DNA of 64,000 nt from a bacterium (GTDB taxonomy: Bacteria; Verrucomicrobiota; Kiritimatiellia; CAIKKV01; CAITUY01): NCBI GenBank assembly GCA_037132275.1, contig JBAXPK010000001.1, positions 1,369 to 65,368 of the forward strand. Direction: 5' to 3'. Shown in pieces: positions 49,764 to 58,755 of the stretch. Numbering within the stretch: position 1 is the stretch's first letter; each line of letters opens with the position of its first letter. The notes beneath the pieces are model-generated. The model was given only the letters and a program-made list of their open reading frames with translations, did not search any database and had not been told where the DNA came from. The position numbers were made by a program, and so were the translations under genes.

Positions 49764-51544
49764 GTGCCATGGATCTCCGGGAGTTTATCAGCCAACTTGA
49801 GACACGCGGCGAACTTGTTCGCGTCAAAACGGAAGTCGATCCGGATCAGGATATCACCATCATCCAGCATCGGCTGTTAGCGGCACAAGGCCCTGCCGTC
49901 TTATTTGAACGCGTCAAAGGCTCCCCTTACCGGCTGGTCTCCAACCTCTACGGGACACCCGGGCGCGTTGAGCTGGCTTTTGGACGTCATCCCGGCGCCA
50001 TTGGCGAGGATTTGGTCCGCCTCGCCGAACGATTCATGCCGCCAACCCTATCGGCAGTGTGGGCTGAACGGCACAAACTCTGGAAAGTTGCCCAAGCCCG
50101 GATGAGAACCGTGCGACGCGGCCCCATCCTCGAGCAATGCTTCAGTCCGGCCCGCCTGGATCTATTGCCATGCCTGACTTGCTGGCCACTGGATGGCGGC
50201 CCGTTTTTTACCCTGCCGCTGGTTCACACCGTCGACCCTGTTACCGGAGCTGGAAATCTCGGCATATATCGCCTGCAACGCTACGATGCCACCAGCACGG
50301 GCATGCACTGGCAGATTGAAAAAGGCGGAGGCTTTCATTTCAAGATTGCCGCCGAGCGTGGTGAATCGCTGCCGATCAGCGTTATTCTGGGTGGGCCGCC
50401 GGCGCTCACCCTCGCCGCCATCACCCCGCTTCCCGAGGGCATTGATGAACGTTTGCTGGCCGCCTTGCTGATGGGCCACCCGCTGGATGTCATCAAACGC
50501 TCCGGCACCGGCCACCGCATTCCCGCCGCCGCCGAATTCGTGCTTGAAGGCCGCGTGACGCCCGGCGATGAGCGGCAGGAAGGCCCCTTTGGCGACCATC
50601 TGGGGCACTATTCCCATAGCGCGCCATTTCCGGTATTCCGTGTGGACCGCATGTTAGCCCGAAAAGATGCCATCTATCCCGCCACCGTGGTCGGTAAGCC
50701 GCCCCAGGAAGATTACTATATCGGGGAAGCGCTTCAGGAAATGACTCTCCCCTTGCTCAAACTCATCCGCCCGGCCATCAGCGACCTGTGGGCTTATCCG
50801 GAAACGGGTTTCCATCCCCTGGCGATTGCGGCGGTCAAGGAACGCTACGAACAGGAAGCTCTCAAGCACGCCTTGGGCCTCATGGGTGAGGGACAACTCT
50901 CCCTCACCAAAATCATGATCATGGTGGATCATGACGTCAATGTCCGGGACTTCAAACAGGTCAGCCGTGCCTTGTGGGAGACGCTCGACGCCAACGATGG
51001 GATCCATTTGCTGGCTCCCACCGCACAGGATACCCTGGATTTTACCGGGCCTTCAATGAACACAGGGAGCAAATTGATTCTATTGGGAACCCGCGGCAAT
51101 CGCCCGCCGCTCCGCATACAGCCTCCACCAGCCCCGCCTGCCCCCTCTTCAGTTCATCCTCAAATCATGGCCATGATCGATGTCGGCGAAGCCTTTCTGG
51201 TCGCCCAGGTTCCGCCTGAGGCCAACACGATGTCCATCCGCGAGGCACTGGACGCACACCCTGCGACACGGCAATATCTTTTCCACGTCCTCGTTTCGCC
51301 GGATGTTCCGCTGAATGATTTACGAATGATTTTATGGGGTTGGTTTACGCGATTCGATCCCCTGCTCGATCTCCACCCCGCACAACGCGAAATTGTCGGA
51401 AACAGACTGGTACTTCAATTCCCGATCACCATCGACGCGACCTGGAAACGCGGCTATCGTCAGCCGGTGGCATTTGATCCGGCCCACGAACGCCGGGTAA
51501 ATGAGAACTGGGCCCTTTACGGCCTTCCGGAGTGCACGCGATGA
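49760..51544 (+). CDS. ubiD: UbiD-family prFMN-dependent decarboxylase (MqnM-like)
   Basis: 594 aa UbiD family. Overlaps ubiX by 4 nt. Confidence 0.8.
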   Translation: MSAMDLREFISQLETRGELVRVKTEVDPDQDITIIQHRLLAAQGPAVLFERVKGSPYRLVSNLYGTPGRVELAFGRHPGAIGEDLVRLAERFMPPTLSAVWAERHKLWKVAQARMRTVRRGPILEQCFSPARLDLLPCLTCWPLDGGPFFTLPLVHTVDPVTGAGNLGIYRLQRYDATSTGMHWQIEKGGGFHFKIAAERGESLPISVILGGPPALTLAAITPLPEGIDERLLAALLMGHPLDVIKRSGTGHRIPAAAEFVLEGRVTPGDERQEGPFGDHLGHYSHSAPFPVFRVDRMLARKDAIYPATVVGKPPQEDYYIGEALQEMTLPLLKLIRPAISDLWAYPETGFHPLAIAAVKERYEQEALKHALGLMGEGQLSLTKIMIMVDHDVNVRDFKQVSRALWETLDANDGIHLLAPTAQDTLDFTGPSMNTGSKLILLGTRGNRPPLRIQPPPAPPAPSSVHPQIMAMIDVGEAFLVAQVPPEANTMSIREALDAHPATRQYLFHVLVSPDVPLNDLRMILWGWFTRFDPLLDLHPAQREIVGNRLVLQFPITIDATWKRGYRQPVAFDPAHERRVNENWALYGLPECTR

Positions 51545-52983
51545 GCAGACCGGCTCGCGACGCCCTCATCCCCTCGCAGGAAAATCGACTCATGTTCGAC
51601 CGCATTGCGCGGCGTTATGACCTGTTGAACTCCCTGATGTCATTGGGCCTGCACCGCATCTGGCGGCGTAGGGCCGTCCAAATGCTTTGCACAACCGGCG
51701 GCCATGATGTCCTCGATATCGGATGCGGTACCGGCGACATTGCCATTGCCGTGCTACGAAAAGATCCGGCGGCCCGTCTTACCGGCATTGATCTATCTAC
51801 CCCCATGATTGAGCTAGCGGAGCGAAAAACCCGCGCGGCGGGCCTGCAACTCCGGGCCGCCTATCAGACAGGTGATGCCACTGCCCTGGCGTTTGGCAAC
51901 GGCTCTTTTGATGGCATCGTAAGCGCCTTCTGCCTGAGAAATATCGACGACCGCGCGAAGGCCTTTTGCGAGATGCGGCGTGTCCTCCGTCCCGGTGGCA
52001 CCCTAGTCATCCTGGAGTTAACCAAACCTGCCTCCCCCGTGACACGTCTGGTTCACCGAGTTCATACCCGGCGGATAATCCCATTGCTGGGATCGCTCCT
52101 GTCTCAAGGCAGCGCCTACCGTTATCTGGCCGACTCCATCGAACATTTCCCGCCACCCGACACAATCGTCTCCGAGCTGACCGATGCCGGGTTTACCCAC
52201 GCCACCCACATTCCACTGACCGGCGGCTTCGTCACCTTATTCACCGCCCAAGCACCTCGCCCCTACTCCTTTGCCGCACCCGCCTTTGCCAACTCAGCGC
52301 CACTGGCTCAATTCATACCCGTGGTAAGCCCTGGCTCCCGTGTCGTTCTTAATATCCCGGCACACTTAGTGGAACCGCTTTTAAACGGGACAATGGATGC
52401 CGCGTTAATTCCGGTTGCGGCCCTATTCACCAACCCGACACTGACGCCGCTGGGAGATATTGGCATCTGTGCCGGCAACAGAGTCCGCAGTGTATTACTC
52501 CGATGCAACCGACCACTTGTCCAAGTTAACACAGTATGCCTCGACCCTGCCTCACGGACGTCTAACGCCCTGGCGCTTATTCTCCTGCACCAATACTGGA
52601 AACGTTCCGTAAAGATTGTTACCGACCCGACCAACGCCGATGCCTGTGTCGTCATCGGTGACCGGGCCCTCTGCGAAGCCCCGGGTTCCGGCGGGGATTA
52701 CGATCTGGCGGAGGCTTGGAATCAAATGACCGGCTTGCCCTTTGTGTTTGCCGTGTGGGCAGTACGTCGCAACCACCCCGATCCAGAGGGGTTAACAAAA
52801 GTGATCCACGCCGCCAAGCGGGCCGGCGTCGCCGCTATTCCCGAAATCGCACGTCAGCAGGCCATCAAATTGGGGCTCAGCCAGACTGTAGCCCTGGACT
52901 ATTTCACCGAGTGCATCACCTACGACATTGGCCCGAAGGAACGCCAGGCTATGGCGTTGTTCGAGAAATTTCTTGAGCCTTGA
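51532..52983 (+). CDS. Fusion of demethylmenaquinone methyltransferase UbiE/MenG (N-terminal) and chorismate dehydratase MqnA (C-terminal)
   Basis: N-terminus: FDRIARRYDLLNSLMSLGLHRIWRR, DIGCGTGD. C-terminus: LPFVFAVWAVRR, the characteristic MqnA motif. Confidence 0.7.
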   Translation: MHAMSRPARDALIPSQENRLMFDRIARRYDLLNSLMSLGLHRIWRRRAVQMLCTTGGHDVLDIGCGTGDIAIAVLRKDPAARLTGIDLSTPMIELAERKTRAAGLQLRAAYQTGDATALAFGNGSFDGIVSAFCLRNIDDRAKAFCEMRRVLRPGGTLVILELTKPASPVTRLVHRVHTRRIIPLLGSLLSQGSAYRYLADSIEHFPPPDTIVSELTDAGFTHATHIPLTGGFVTLFTAQAPRPYSFAAPAFANSAPLAQFIPVVSPGSRVVLNIPAHLVEPLLNGTMDAALIPVAALFTNPTLTPLGDIGICAGNRVRSVLLRCNRPLVQVNTVCLDPASRTSNALALILLHQYWKRSVKIVTDPTNADACVVIGDRALCEAPGSGGDYDLAEAWNQMTGLPFVFAVWAVRRNHPDPEGLTKVIHAAKRAGVAAIPEIARQQAIKLGLSQTVALDYFTECITYDIGPKERQAMALFEKFLEP

Positions 52984-52997
52984 AATAGCTTAGTGTA

Positions 52998-53009
52998 TAG
53001 CTATAGCTA
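52998..53009. repeat. Perfect 12-bp AT-rich palindrome TAGCTATAGCTA
   Basis: Self-complementary. Lies between the mqnA-fusion stop and the small ORFs. Confidence 0.7.
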
Positions 53010-53010
53010 A

Positions 53011-53193
53011 ATTAATGGCGACACAGAAAGAGATCCAACGGATCGGTCGGATCCGACGGATCGAATAAAAGACTGCCCCCTGTGCGGGAAACCCATGGCC
53101 CTCAGAATCGCCCGTCAGGGCAAGAACTCCGGTTCCCAGTTCTGGGGTTGCACGGATTACCCGACCTGCAAGGGCACGCGCCCAGCGGATTAG
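53011..53193 (+). pseudogene. Topoisomerase-type C4 zinc-ribbon mini-gene, apparently frameshifted or lacking a canonical start
   Basis: The frame encodes ...DCPLCGKPMALRIARQGKNSGSQFWGCTDYPTCKGT (zf-C4_Topoisom pattern). The only in-frame ATG is after the first two Cys. An out-of-frame ATG at 53015 gives MATQKEIQRIGRIRRIE*. Confidence 0.35.
53047..53058. repeat. Perfect 12-bp palindrome GTCGGATCCGAC within a GATC cluster
   Basis: Self-complementary, flanked by CGGATCG direct repeats. Three GATC sites within 23 bp. Confidence 0.7.
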
Positions 53194-54389
53194 TCCAACT
53201 GCTTCCGACTTTCGGTTTGCGCGCTCTCATAGACAACCCGCACGGGAACATTGTGAAGGATCGCCGCCTTCACACAATCCTCGTATTCAGGTGAGGCCGT
53301 GACCGGCGTCCCGTGCCAGCGCCCTATCTTGGCCCGGATGAGTCCGTAATCGGTCACCACGTCCAGGGTTTCGCGCTCCAGCATCGTACGGCGGGTCAGG
53401 TGCTCTCGGACGCCAAACGTGGTGCTCTCGGTAAAAATCAAGTCCAGCATCACCGGTTTGAGATCAGGAGCGCAGAGAACTGTGAGCAGTGTGCCAAGCC
53501 TCTGTTTCTTCATCTGGATGGCAGTAGTGAAGGCATCGTAGGCCCCGGCAACCAGCAGTTTTTGGACAAGAGCCCCGACCAGTTCCGGCGTGGTGTCGTC
53601 AATGTTGGTTTCCAGTACAAGGCAAATGTCGGGGTCTTCAACCTTTGGGGATGGGGCTTCAAGCAGGGTGGCGCGAAGCAGGTTGGGACGGTGATTGAGC
53701 GTCCGTCGCCCGAACCCGTGCCCAACCGCCTTGATCACCCATCCGTCGGGCCAGGAGTTGAGAGACTTCCAGGTGGTCAGCAGTGCCGCCCCGGTCGGGG
53801 TCACAAGTTCAAAGGGTTCATCGGCATGGCATACCGGAAACCCCTTGAGAAGTTCCACCGTCCCCGGGGCAGGATTCGGAAGTGTTCCGTGGGCGCATTC
53901 AATCGTGCCATGCCCTTGCGGAAGTGGTGAAAAACCGACCCGGTCAATATGCAGAAGGTGAAGAGCCTGGCAGGCCCCGACAATATCAAGAATCGCATCC
54001 AGCGCGCCAACCTCATGAAAATGAATATCCTCCACCGTTTTGCCGTGCACCTTCGCTTCAGCCTCAGCCAGGCGCTCGAATACCCTGATGCTCTGGCGCT
54101 TCACTCTCTCTGGAACCGCACATTGTCCGATACGCTCGCGAATTTCGAAAAGGCGGCGGTGGGATGCGTGACCGTGATGATGATTAGCCTCGTGAGCATG
54201 AACGTTAACACGAGTCCCCTGCATCCCATGTTCCGTATGCTGGACGGCCTCAATGGAGAGATGGAATTCCCCGAGAGAGGCAAGGATCTCATTCAGGTCG
54301 GCGGGGCGGACGCCCAGATCCACAAGGCAGGCGAGTATCATGTCCCCGCTCGCGCCCCCCACGCTATCGAACCATAATACGCGTTTCAC
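53190..54389 (-). CDS. larC: LarC-family nickel insertion protein (DUF111)
   Basis: 399 aa. N-terminal FDSVGGASGDM, a His-rich patch and C-terminal DUF111 features. Confidence 0.75.
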   Translation of the reverse strand: MKRVLWFDSVGGASGDMILACLVDLGVRPADLNEILASLGEFHLSIEAVQHTEHGMQGTRVNVHAHEANHHHGHASHRRLFEIRERIGQCAVPERVKRQSIRVFERLAEAEAKVHGKTVEDIHFHEVGALDAILDIVGACQALHLLHIDRVGFSPLPQGHGTIECAHGTLPNPAPGTVELLKGFPVCHADEPFELVTPTGAALLTTWKSLNSWPDGWVIKAVGHGFGRRTLNHRPNLLRATLLEAPSPKVEDPDICLVLETNIDDTTPELVGALVQKLLVAGAYDAFTTAIQMKKQRLGTLLTVLCAPDLKPVMLDLIFTESTTFGVREHLTRRTMLERETLDVVTDYGLIRAKIGRWHGTPVTASPEYEDCVKAAILHNVPVRVVYESAQTESRKQLD

Positions 54390-54399
54390 ATTTCACCCT

Positions 54400-55152
54400 T
54401 CATGACTTACGCTTCGCCCCCCGGTTGATCATGGCGGCCGCCACACCGGCGCCGAAACCGTTGTCAATGTTAACCACAGTAATACCCGGCACACAACTGT
54501 TCAACATGGCCAGGAGCGCGGTGATCCCGCCCAGACTGGTTCCGTACCCAATGCTGGTGGGTACGGCAATAATGGGGCAGTCGGTAAGCCCACCCACCAC
54601 CGAAGGCAGGGCACCTTCCATACCTGCCGCCACAATCAGCACCCGCGCCTTCTTGAGGGTGGGGAGATGATGGAGCAGCCGGTGTAAGCCGGCAACACCG
54701 ACGTCATAGACCCGCTCCACTCTGGCCCCCATGGCCTCGGCAACGAGCGCCGCCTCCTCCGCCACGGGGATATCGGTGGTCCCGGCGGACAGCACGGCGA
54801 CACACCCGACCGGCCGGGCCCGACGCCCAATCTCCAGCGTGATCACCCGGGCGGCCTCGTGATACCGGCTTTCAGGAAATGCCTTCTTTACCGCATCGGC
54901 CTGTTCTCGCGAGGCGCGCGTGGCTAACACGTTCTGCCCAGCCTCGTGTAGCGCCCCGACAATACTGGTGACCTGGCTGGATGTTTTCCCCTGACAGAAG
55001 ATGACTTCGGGAAACCCCCTGCGGCGTAGCCGGTCGGTGTCGATACGGGCGAAGCCAAGATTTTTTTCGCGTGTGGCCTCAATCTGACGGAGCGCCTCGT
55101 CAGGCGCCAAGTTCCCTTCCGCGACGGCATTAAGCATTGTACGTAAACTCAT
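54400..55152 (-). CDS. larB: LarB-family PurE-like protein (NCAIR-mutase-related carboxylase/hydrolase)
   Basis: About 250 aa PurE-like fold. Start set at MSLRTMLNAV; the longer ORF-track start is rejected. Confidence 0.75.
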   Translation of the reverse strand: MSLRTMLNAVAEGNLAPDEALRQIEATREKNLGFARIDTDRLRRRGFPEVIFCQGKTSSQVTSIVGALHEAGQNVLATRASREQADAVKKAFPESRYHEAARVITLEIGRRARPVGCVAVLSAGTTDIPVAEEAALVAEAMGARVERVYDVGVAGLHRLLHHLPTLKKARVLIVAAGMEGALPSVVGGLTDCPIIAVPTSIGYGTSLGGITALLAMLNSCVPGITVVNIDNGFGAGVAAAMINRGAKRKS

Positions 55153-55189
55153 TTGAGGATGATGAAAGAGACGGGGAACGGAATCAAGG

Positions 55190-57436
55190 GTGAAGTTTGC
55201 AGGATGTTGTGATAGTCTGCGACACATGATTGTTTCCTCAAAACCTTCAAACGACATGGCGCGTCTGTCGGCTTCGGATGCCTTGGAACTCCTGCTCCAT
55301 GCCGACACGGCTGAACTCATGGGGCGCGCCAACCACGTCCGCCTTACCCGGCACGGTCCCATCACTTATTTCACGCACAGCCTGAACCTCAACCCCACCA
55401 ACGTCTGTGAAAACCGCTGCGAACTCTGCGCTTTCTGGCGTGAATCCGATGCACCGGACGCCTACATCATGTCTCTGGATCAAGCCCGAGACCGCCTTAT
55501 CGCCGCCCGCGGCATGGGACTGACCGATCTCCATATTGTCGGCGGACTGCACGAAGATATCGGCTTGGACTATTACGAGGCCTTATTCCGTCTGGCCCAC
55601 GACATCATGCCGTCCGTTCTCGTCCAAGGGCTGACCGCCGTGGAAATCCATTCCTTGGCTCAACGCTCCCATCTTCCGGTGACAACGGTTTTGCAGCGCT
55701 TGCGCGAGGCCGGCCTTAGCGCCATCCCAGGCGGCGGGGCGGAAATTTTCAGCACTTCCATACGCTCCAAAATCTGCTCCAAAAAGATTTCCGCCGCAGA
55801 CTGGCTCTCGGTTCACGAGCACGCCCACACTCTAGGCATCCCCAGCAATGCCACGATGCTCTTCGGTCATCTGGAGAAAGCGGAAGATATTGTCGACCAC
55901 CTCGCGCAATTGCGGGAGTTGCAGGATCGAACAGGCGGCTTCAAGGCTTTCATTCCCCTGCCTTTCCAGCCACAAGGCACCCGCCTATCTGTCACCGGAG
56001 GTCCTGGCGGCTATACCATCGCCCGGGTTGTCGCCATCGCCCGTCTGTTTTTGGATAATATTCCTCACGTCCGCATGCTTGTGAACTATGTTGAACGCAA
56101 ACTGCTTCAAGTTCTGCTGGAAGGCGGCGTGGATGACGTCGGGGGCACCAGTCTTGACGAACGCATTGCCAAGGCCGCAGGGGCGCCCACCGGTCAACGG
56201 TTTGGTTCAACGGGGGAAATGGCTTCCTTTATTTCAAATATGGGGCTCACTCCCCGTCTGGTCAACAGCCGCTACGAGGCCGCAGACCCGGAATCCACGC
56301 CACCTCCTCCCGGGAGGGTTCAGGGATGGGTTCCAACGCCTTCTCCGGCTTTGACCGCCACGCTCCATAAAGCCCGTTGCGGCGAAAGACTCACAGCGGC
56401 CAATGCCGTTACGCTGCTCGATGAGGCCGAACTGGATCAATTGGGTGCCTTGGCCCATCACCGTCGCCAGCAGATGGTTCCCGGAAATCTCGGCACGTTT
56501 ATTATAGACAGAAACCTCTCCAGCACCAATATCTGCGAAGCTGGCTGTAAGTTTTGCGCCTTCCATGTGGCGCCCGGATCCGAGAAAGGCTTCTGCCTGT
56601 CCTCCGACGAAATCTTGCAACAGGTGGTTGAATCGGCTGACTGCGGGGCAACCCAGGTTTTGATTCAAGGAGGCCTGAACCCGGATCTCGACCTTGCCTT
56701 CTACGAACATGTATTCATGGCCATTAAACAGAAGGTGCAGGTTTGCGTGCACTCTCTCTCTCCAACAGAAATCACCTACTTTGCCCGGAAAAGCGGTCTC
56801 TCAGTACGCGAGACGCTCGAACGGTTGCGTCGTGCGGGACTCGACTCGCTACCGGGAGGCGGCGCGGAAATCCTGGTGGACGAAGTTCGTCAACGGGTCA
56901 GCCCTAAAAAAATTGGCGTTGACGACTGGTTCGCCGTCATGGAAACGGCTCAGAACATGGGAATGAAAACCACGGCCACCATGGTTTATGGACTCGGGGA
57001 AACAAGCGCGCAACGGGTGGAGCATTTGCTCCGCGTTCGCGACCTGCAGGACAAGACCGGCGGCTTCACCGCCTTCATTCCATGGAGTTTCCAATCCAAC
57101 AAAACCCAATGGAAACAAAGCCAAGCCACCGGAGCGGATTACCTGCGCATGGTCGCCCTCGCCCGTTTGGTTCTCGACAATATCCCCCATATTCAGGCTG
57201 GCTGGGTCACCGAGGGCCCTGATCTGGCCCAACTGGCGCTCGTATTCGGGGCCGATGATTTTGGCGGTGTCCTAATGGATGAACAGGTTGTCCGTTCCAC
57301 CGGCACAACCTATGCCATTGCCCCGGATCGGGTCGTAGCCTTAATCGCGGAATCCGGCCTTACCCCAGCCCAGCGCGATACGCAGTACAAGATTCTGCAC
57401 CGGTATGAACCATCCGGGCATAGGCGGGGCAATTAA
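55190..57436 (+). CDS. Tandem-domain radical SAM protein: two MqnC/MqnE-family (CofG/CofH-like) domains fused
   Basis: Domain 1 has CENRCELCAF and domain 2 has CEAGCKFCAF. Each domain repeats GGG(A)EI, DNIPH and a C-terminal GxDDxGG segment. Pro-rich linker PPPPGRVQGWVPTPSP. Likely start at MARLSASD (55256). Confidence 0.7.
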   Translation: MKFAGCCDSLRHMIVSSKPSNDMARLSASDALELLLHADTAELMGRANHVRLTRHGPITYFTHSLNLNPTNVCENRCELCAFWRESDAPDAYIMSLDQARDRLIAARGMGLTDLHIVGGLHEDIGLDYYEALFRLAHDIMPSVLVQGLTAVEIHSLAQRSHLPVTTVLQRLREAGLSAIPGGGAEIFSTSIRSKICSKKISAADWLSVHEHAHTLGIPSNATMLFGHLEKAEDIVDHLAQLRELQDRTGGFKAFIPLPFQPQGTRLSVTGGPGGYTIARVVAIARLFLDNIPHVRMLVNYVERKLLQVLLEGGVDDVGGTSLDERIAKAAGAPTGQRFGSTGEMASFISNMGLTPRLVNSRYEAADPESTPPPPGRVQGWVPTPSPALTATLHKARCGERLTAANAVTLLDEAELDQLGALAHHRRQQMVPGNLGTFIIDRNLSSTNICEAGCKFCAFHVAPGSEKGFCLSSDEILQQVVESADCGATQVLIQGGLNPDLDLAFYEHVFMAIKQKVQVCVHSLSPTEITYFARKSGLSVRETLERLRRAGLDSLPGGGAEILVDEVRQRVSPKKIGVDDWFAVMETAQNMGMKTTATMVYGLGETSAQRVEHLLRVRDLQDKTGGFTAFIPWSFQSNKTQWKQSQATGADYLRMVALARLVLDNIPHIQAGWVTEGPDLAQLALVFGADDFGGVLMDEQVVRSTGTTYAIAPDRVVALIAESGLTPAQRDTQYKILHRYEPSGHRRGN

Positions 57437-58749
57437 ACCTTATGATGTCCATCCGTCGCTGACACTCTGACCGCCTGCTCCACTGTGGCCCTGATGCTGC
57501 CCCGATTTTTGAGGACCAGGGCGCCGGCGTGATCGCCAATGGTTTTGCGCATCGATTCATCGGCAAGCAGTTGATCCAACACTGTATTCAGTTCTACCGT
57601 GGTATTCACTTGGATCAAGGCCCCGGCGGCCTTGAATTCGCGCACGATATCGGTAAAATTCTCCATATTTGGGCCCACCACCACGGGTTTGCCACAGACG
57701 GCCGGCTCGATGATATTCTGGCCGCCATGTTGGGTCAGGCTTTTCCCAATGAAAATAACCGTGGCTGCCGAATAGAGATGCCGCAACTCACCCGTGGTAT
57801 CCAGCAAGAGAACCGCCGGCGAAGCCCCTGTCCCGTCCCCCGCGCCCTTGCTGCGTTGCACATACGTCAGGCTCCGCCGCTCGATCAGTCCCACCACCTC
57901 ATCCCGACGCTCGGCATGACGCGGAACAAGAATCAGCTTCAGGGCGGGATATTTCACCTTCGCCTGGACGAAATAGTCGAGAAGCACCTCTTCCTCACCC
58001 GGCCAGGTTGACCCCCCCAGCAAAATCAAATCGCCGGCGGCCATTTGCGCCGCGGCCAATATTGACGCCGCCATTTCCGGATTACCCGGCTCCTTGAGCG
58101 CCACATCATACTTCGCGCTGCCGGTTTCCTGAACGCGCCCGGGCGACACTCCCAGCGACAGATACCGATCCCGATCCTGAGGGCCCTGCACACACAAATG
58201 ATCCAACATGTTGAGTAAAGGGGTAAAAATCCATCGAAGACGATAATAGCCCTTGAAAGAACGATCGGACATCCGCCCATTGATTAACATCATGGGAATT
58301 TTTTTTGCGTTACTCAACCGAATCAGGTTCGGCCAAAATTCACATTCCGTCAGCACCAGCATCTGCGGCCGCAACAGCCCCAGCACACGCCGAATAACGA
58401 CGGGGAAATCGACGGGGAAATAGACCAGCGCATCGGCCTTATTCATGGCCTTGGTCGCCAAGGAATGCGCCGTAGACGTGTTAACGGTCATTACAAAGGC
58501 GATGTCCGGTTGCGCCTGCCTCCATTCTTCCATAAGCCTGAGCGCCACATAGGTTTCACCCACGCTCACGGCATGAACCCAGACACGGGGCCGCTGGCCG
58601 ATGCGGGCCTTCAATTCCGCGTCATAGAGCCCCAGCCGCTGCATAAAGCCCTTTGCATAGCCGCCCCGCCGACACATCCGGAACAGGAAATACGGCAACA
58701 TCGCCAGGAACAGGATGGGGAACAATAAATTATAGATCAGCCAAATCAT
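57433..58749 (-). CDS. waaA: 3-deoxy-D-manno-octulosonic acid (Kdo) transferase
   Basis: 438 aa KdtA/WaaA family. N-terminal TM anchor and VSVGE motif. Confidence 0.85.
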   Translation of the reverse strand: MIWLIYNLLFPILFLAMLPYFLFRMCRRGGYAKGFMQRLGLYDAELKARIGQRPRVWVHAVSVGETYVALRLMEEWRQAQPDIAFVMTVNTSTAHSLATKAMNKADALVYFPVDFPVVIRRVLGLLRPQMLVLTECEFWPNLIRLSNAKKIPMMLINGRMSDRSFKGYYRLRWIFTPLLNMLDHLCVQGPQDRDRYLSLGVSPGRVQETGSAKYDVALKEPGNPEMAASILAAAQMAAGDLILLGGSTWPGEEEVLLDYFVQAKVKYPALKLILVPRHAERRDEVVGLIERRSLTYVQRSKGAGDGTGASPAVLLLDTTGELRHLYSAATVIFIGKSLTQHGGQNIIEPAVCGKPVVVGPNMENFTDIVREFKAAGALIQVNTTVELNTVLDQLLADESMRKTIGDHAGALVLKNRGSIRATVEQAVRVSATDGHHKV

Positions 58750-58755
58750 GGATCA

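Noticed and set aside
53041-53063. GATC cluster as a possible oriC or Dam-regulated site
   Set aside because: No DnaA-box array or AT-rich unwinding element nearby. A single DnaA-like box (TATCCACA at about 60669) is isolated and far away.
53082-53294. 70-aa ORF from the track at 53082..53294
   Set aside because: It is out of frame with the zinc-ribbon motif, overlaps the larC 3' end, has no features, and is likely spurious.
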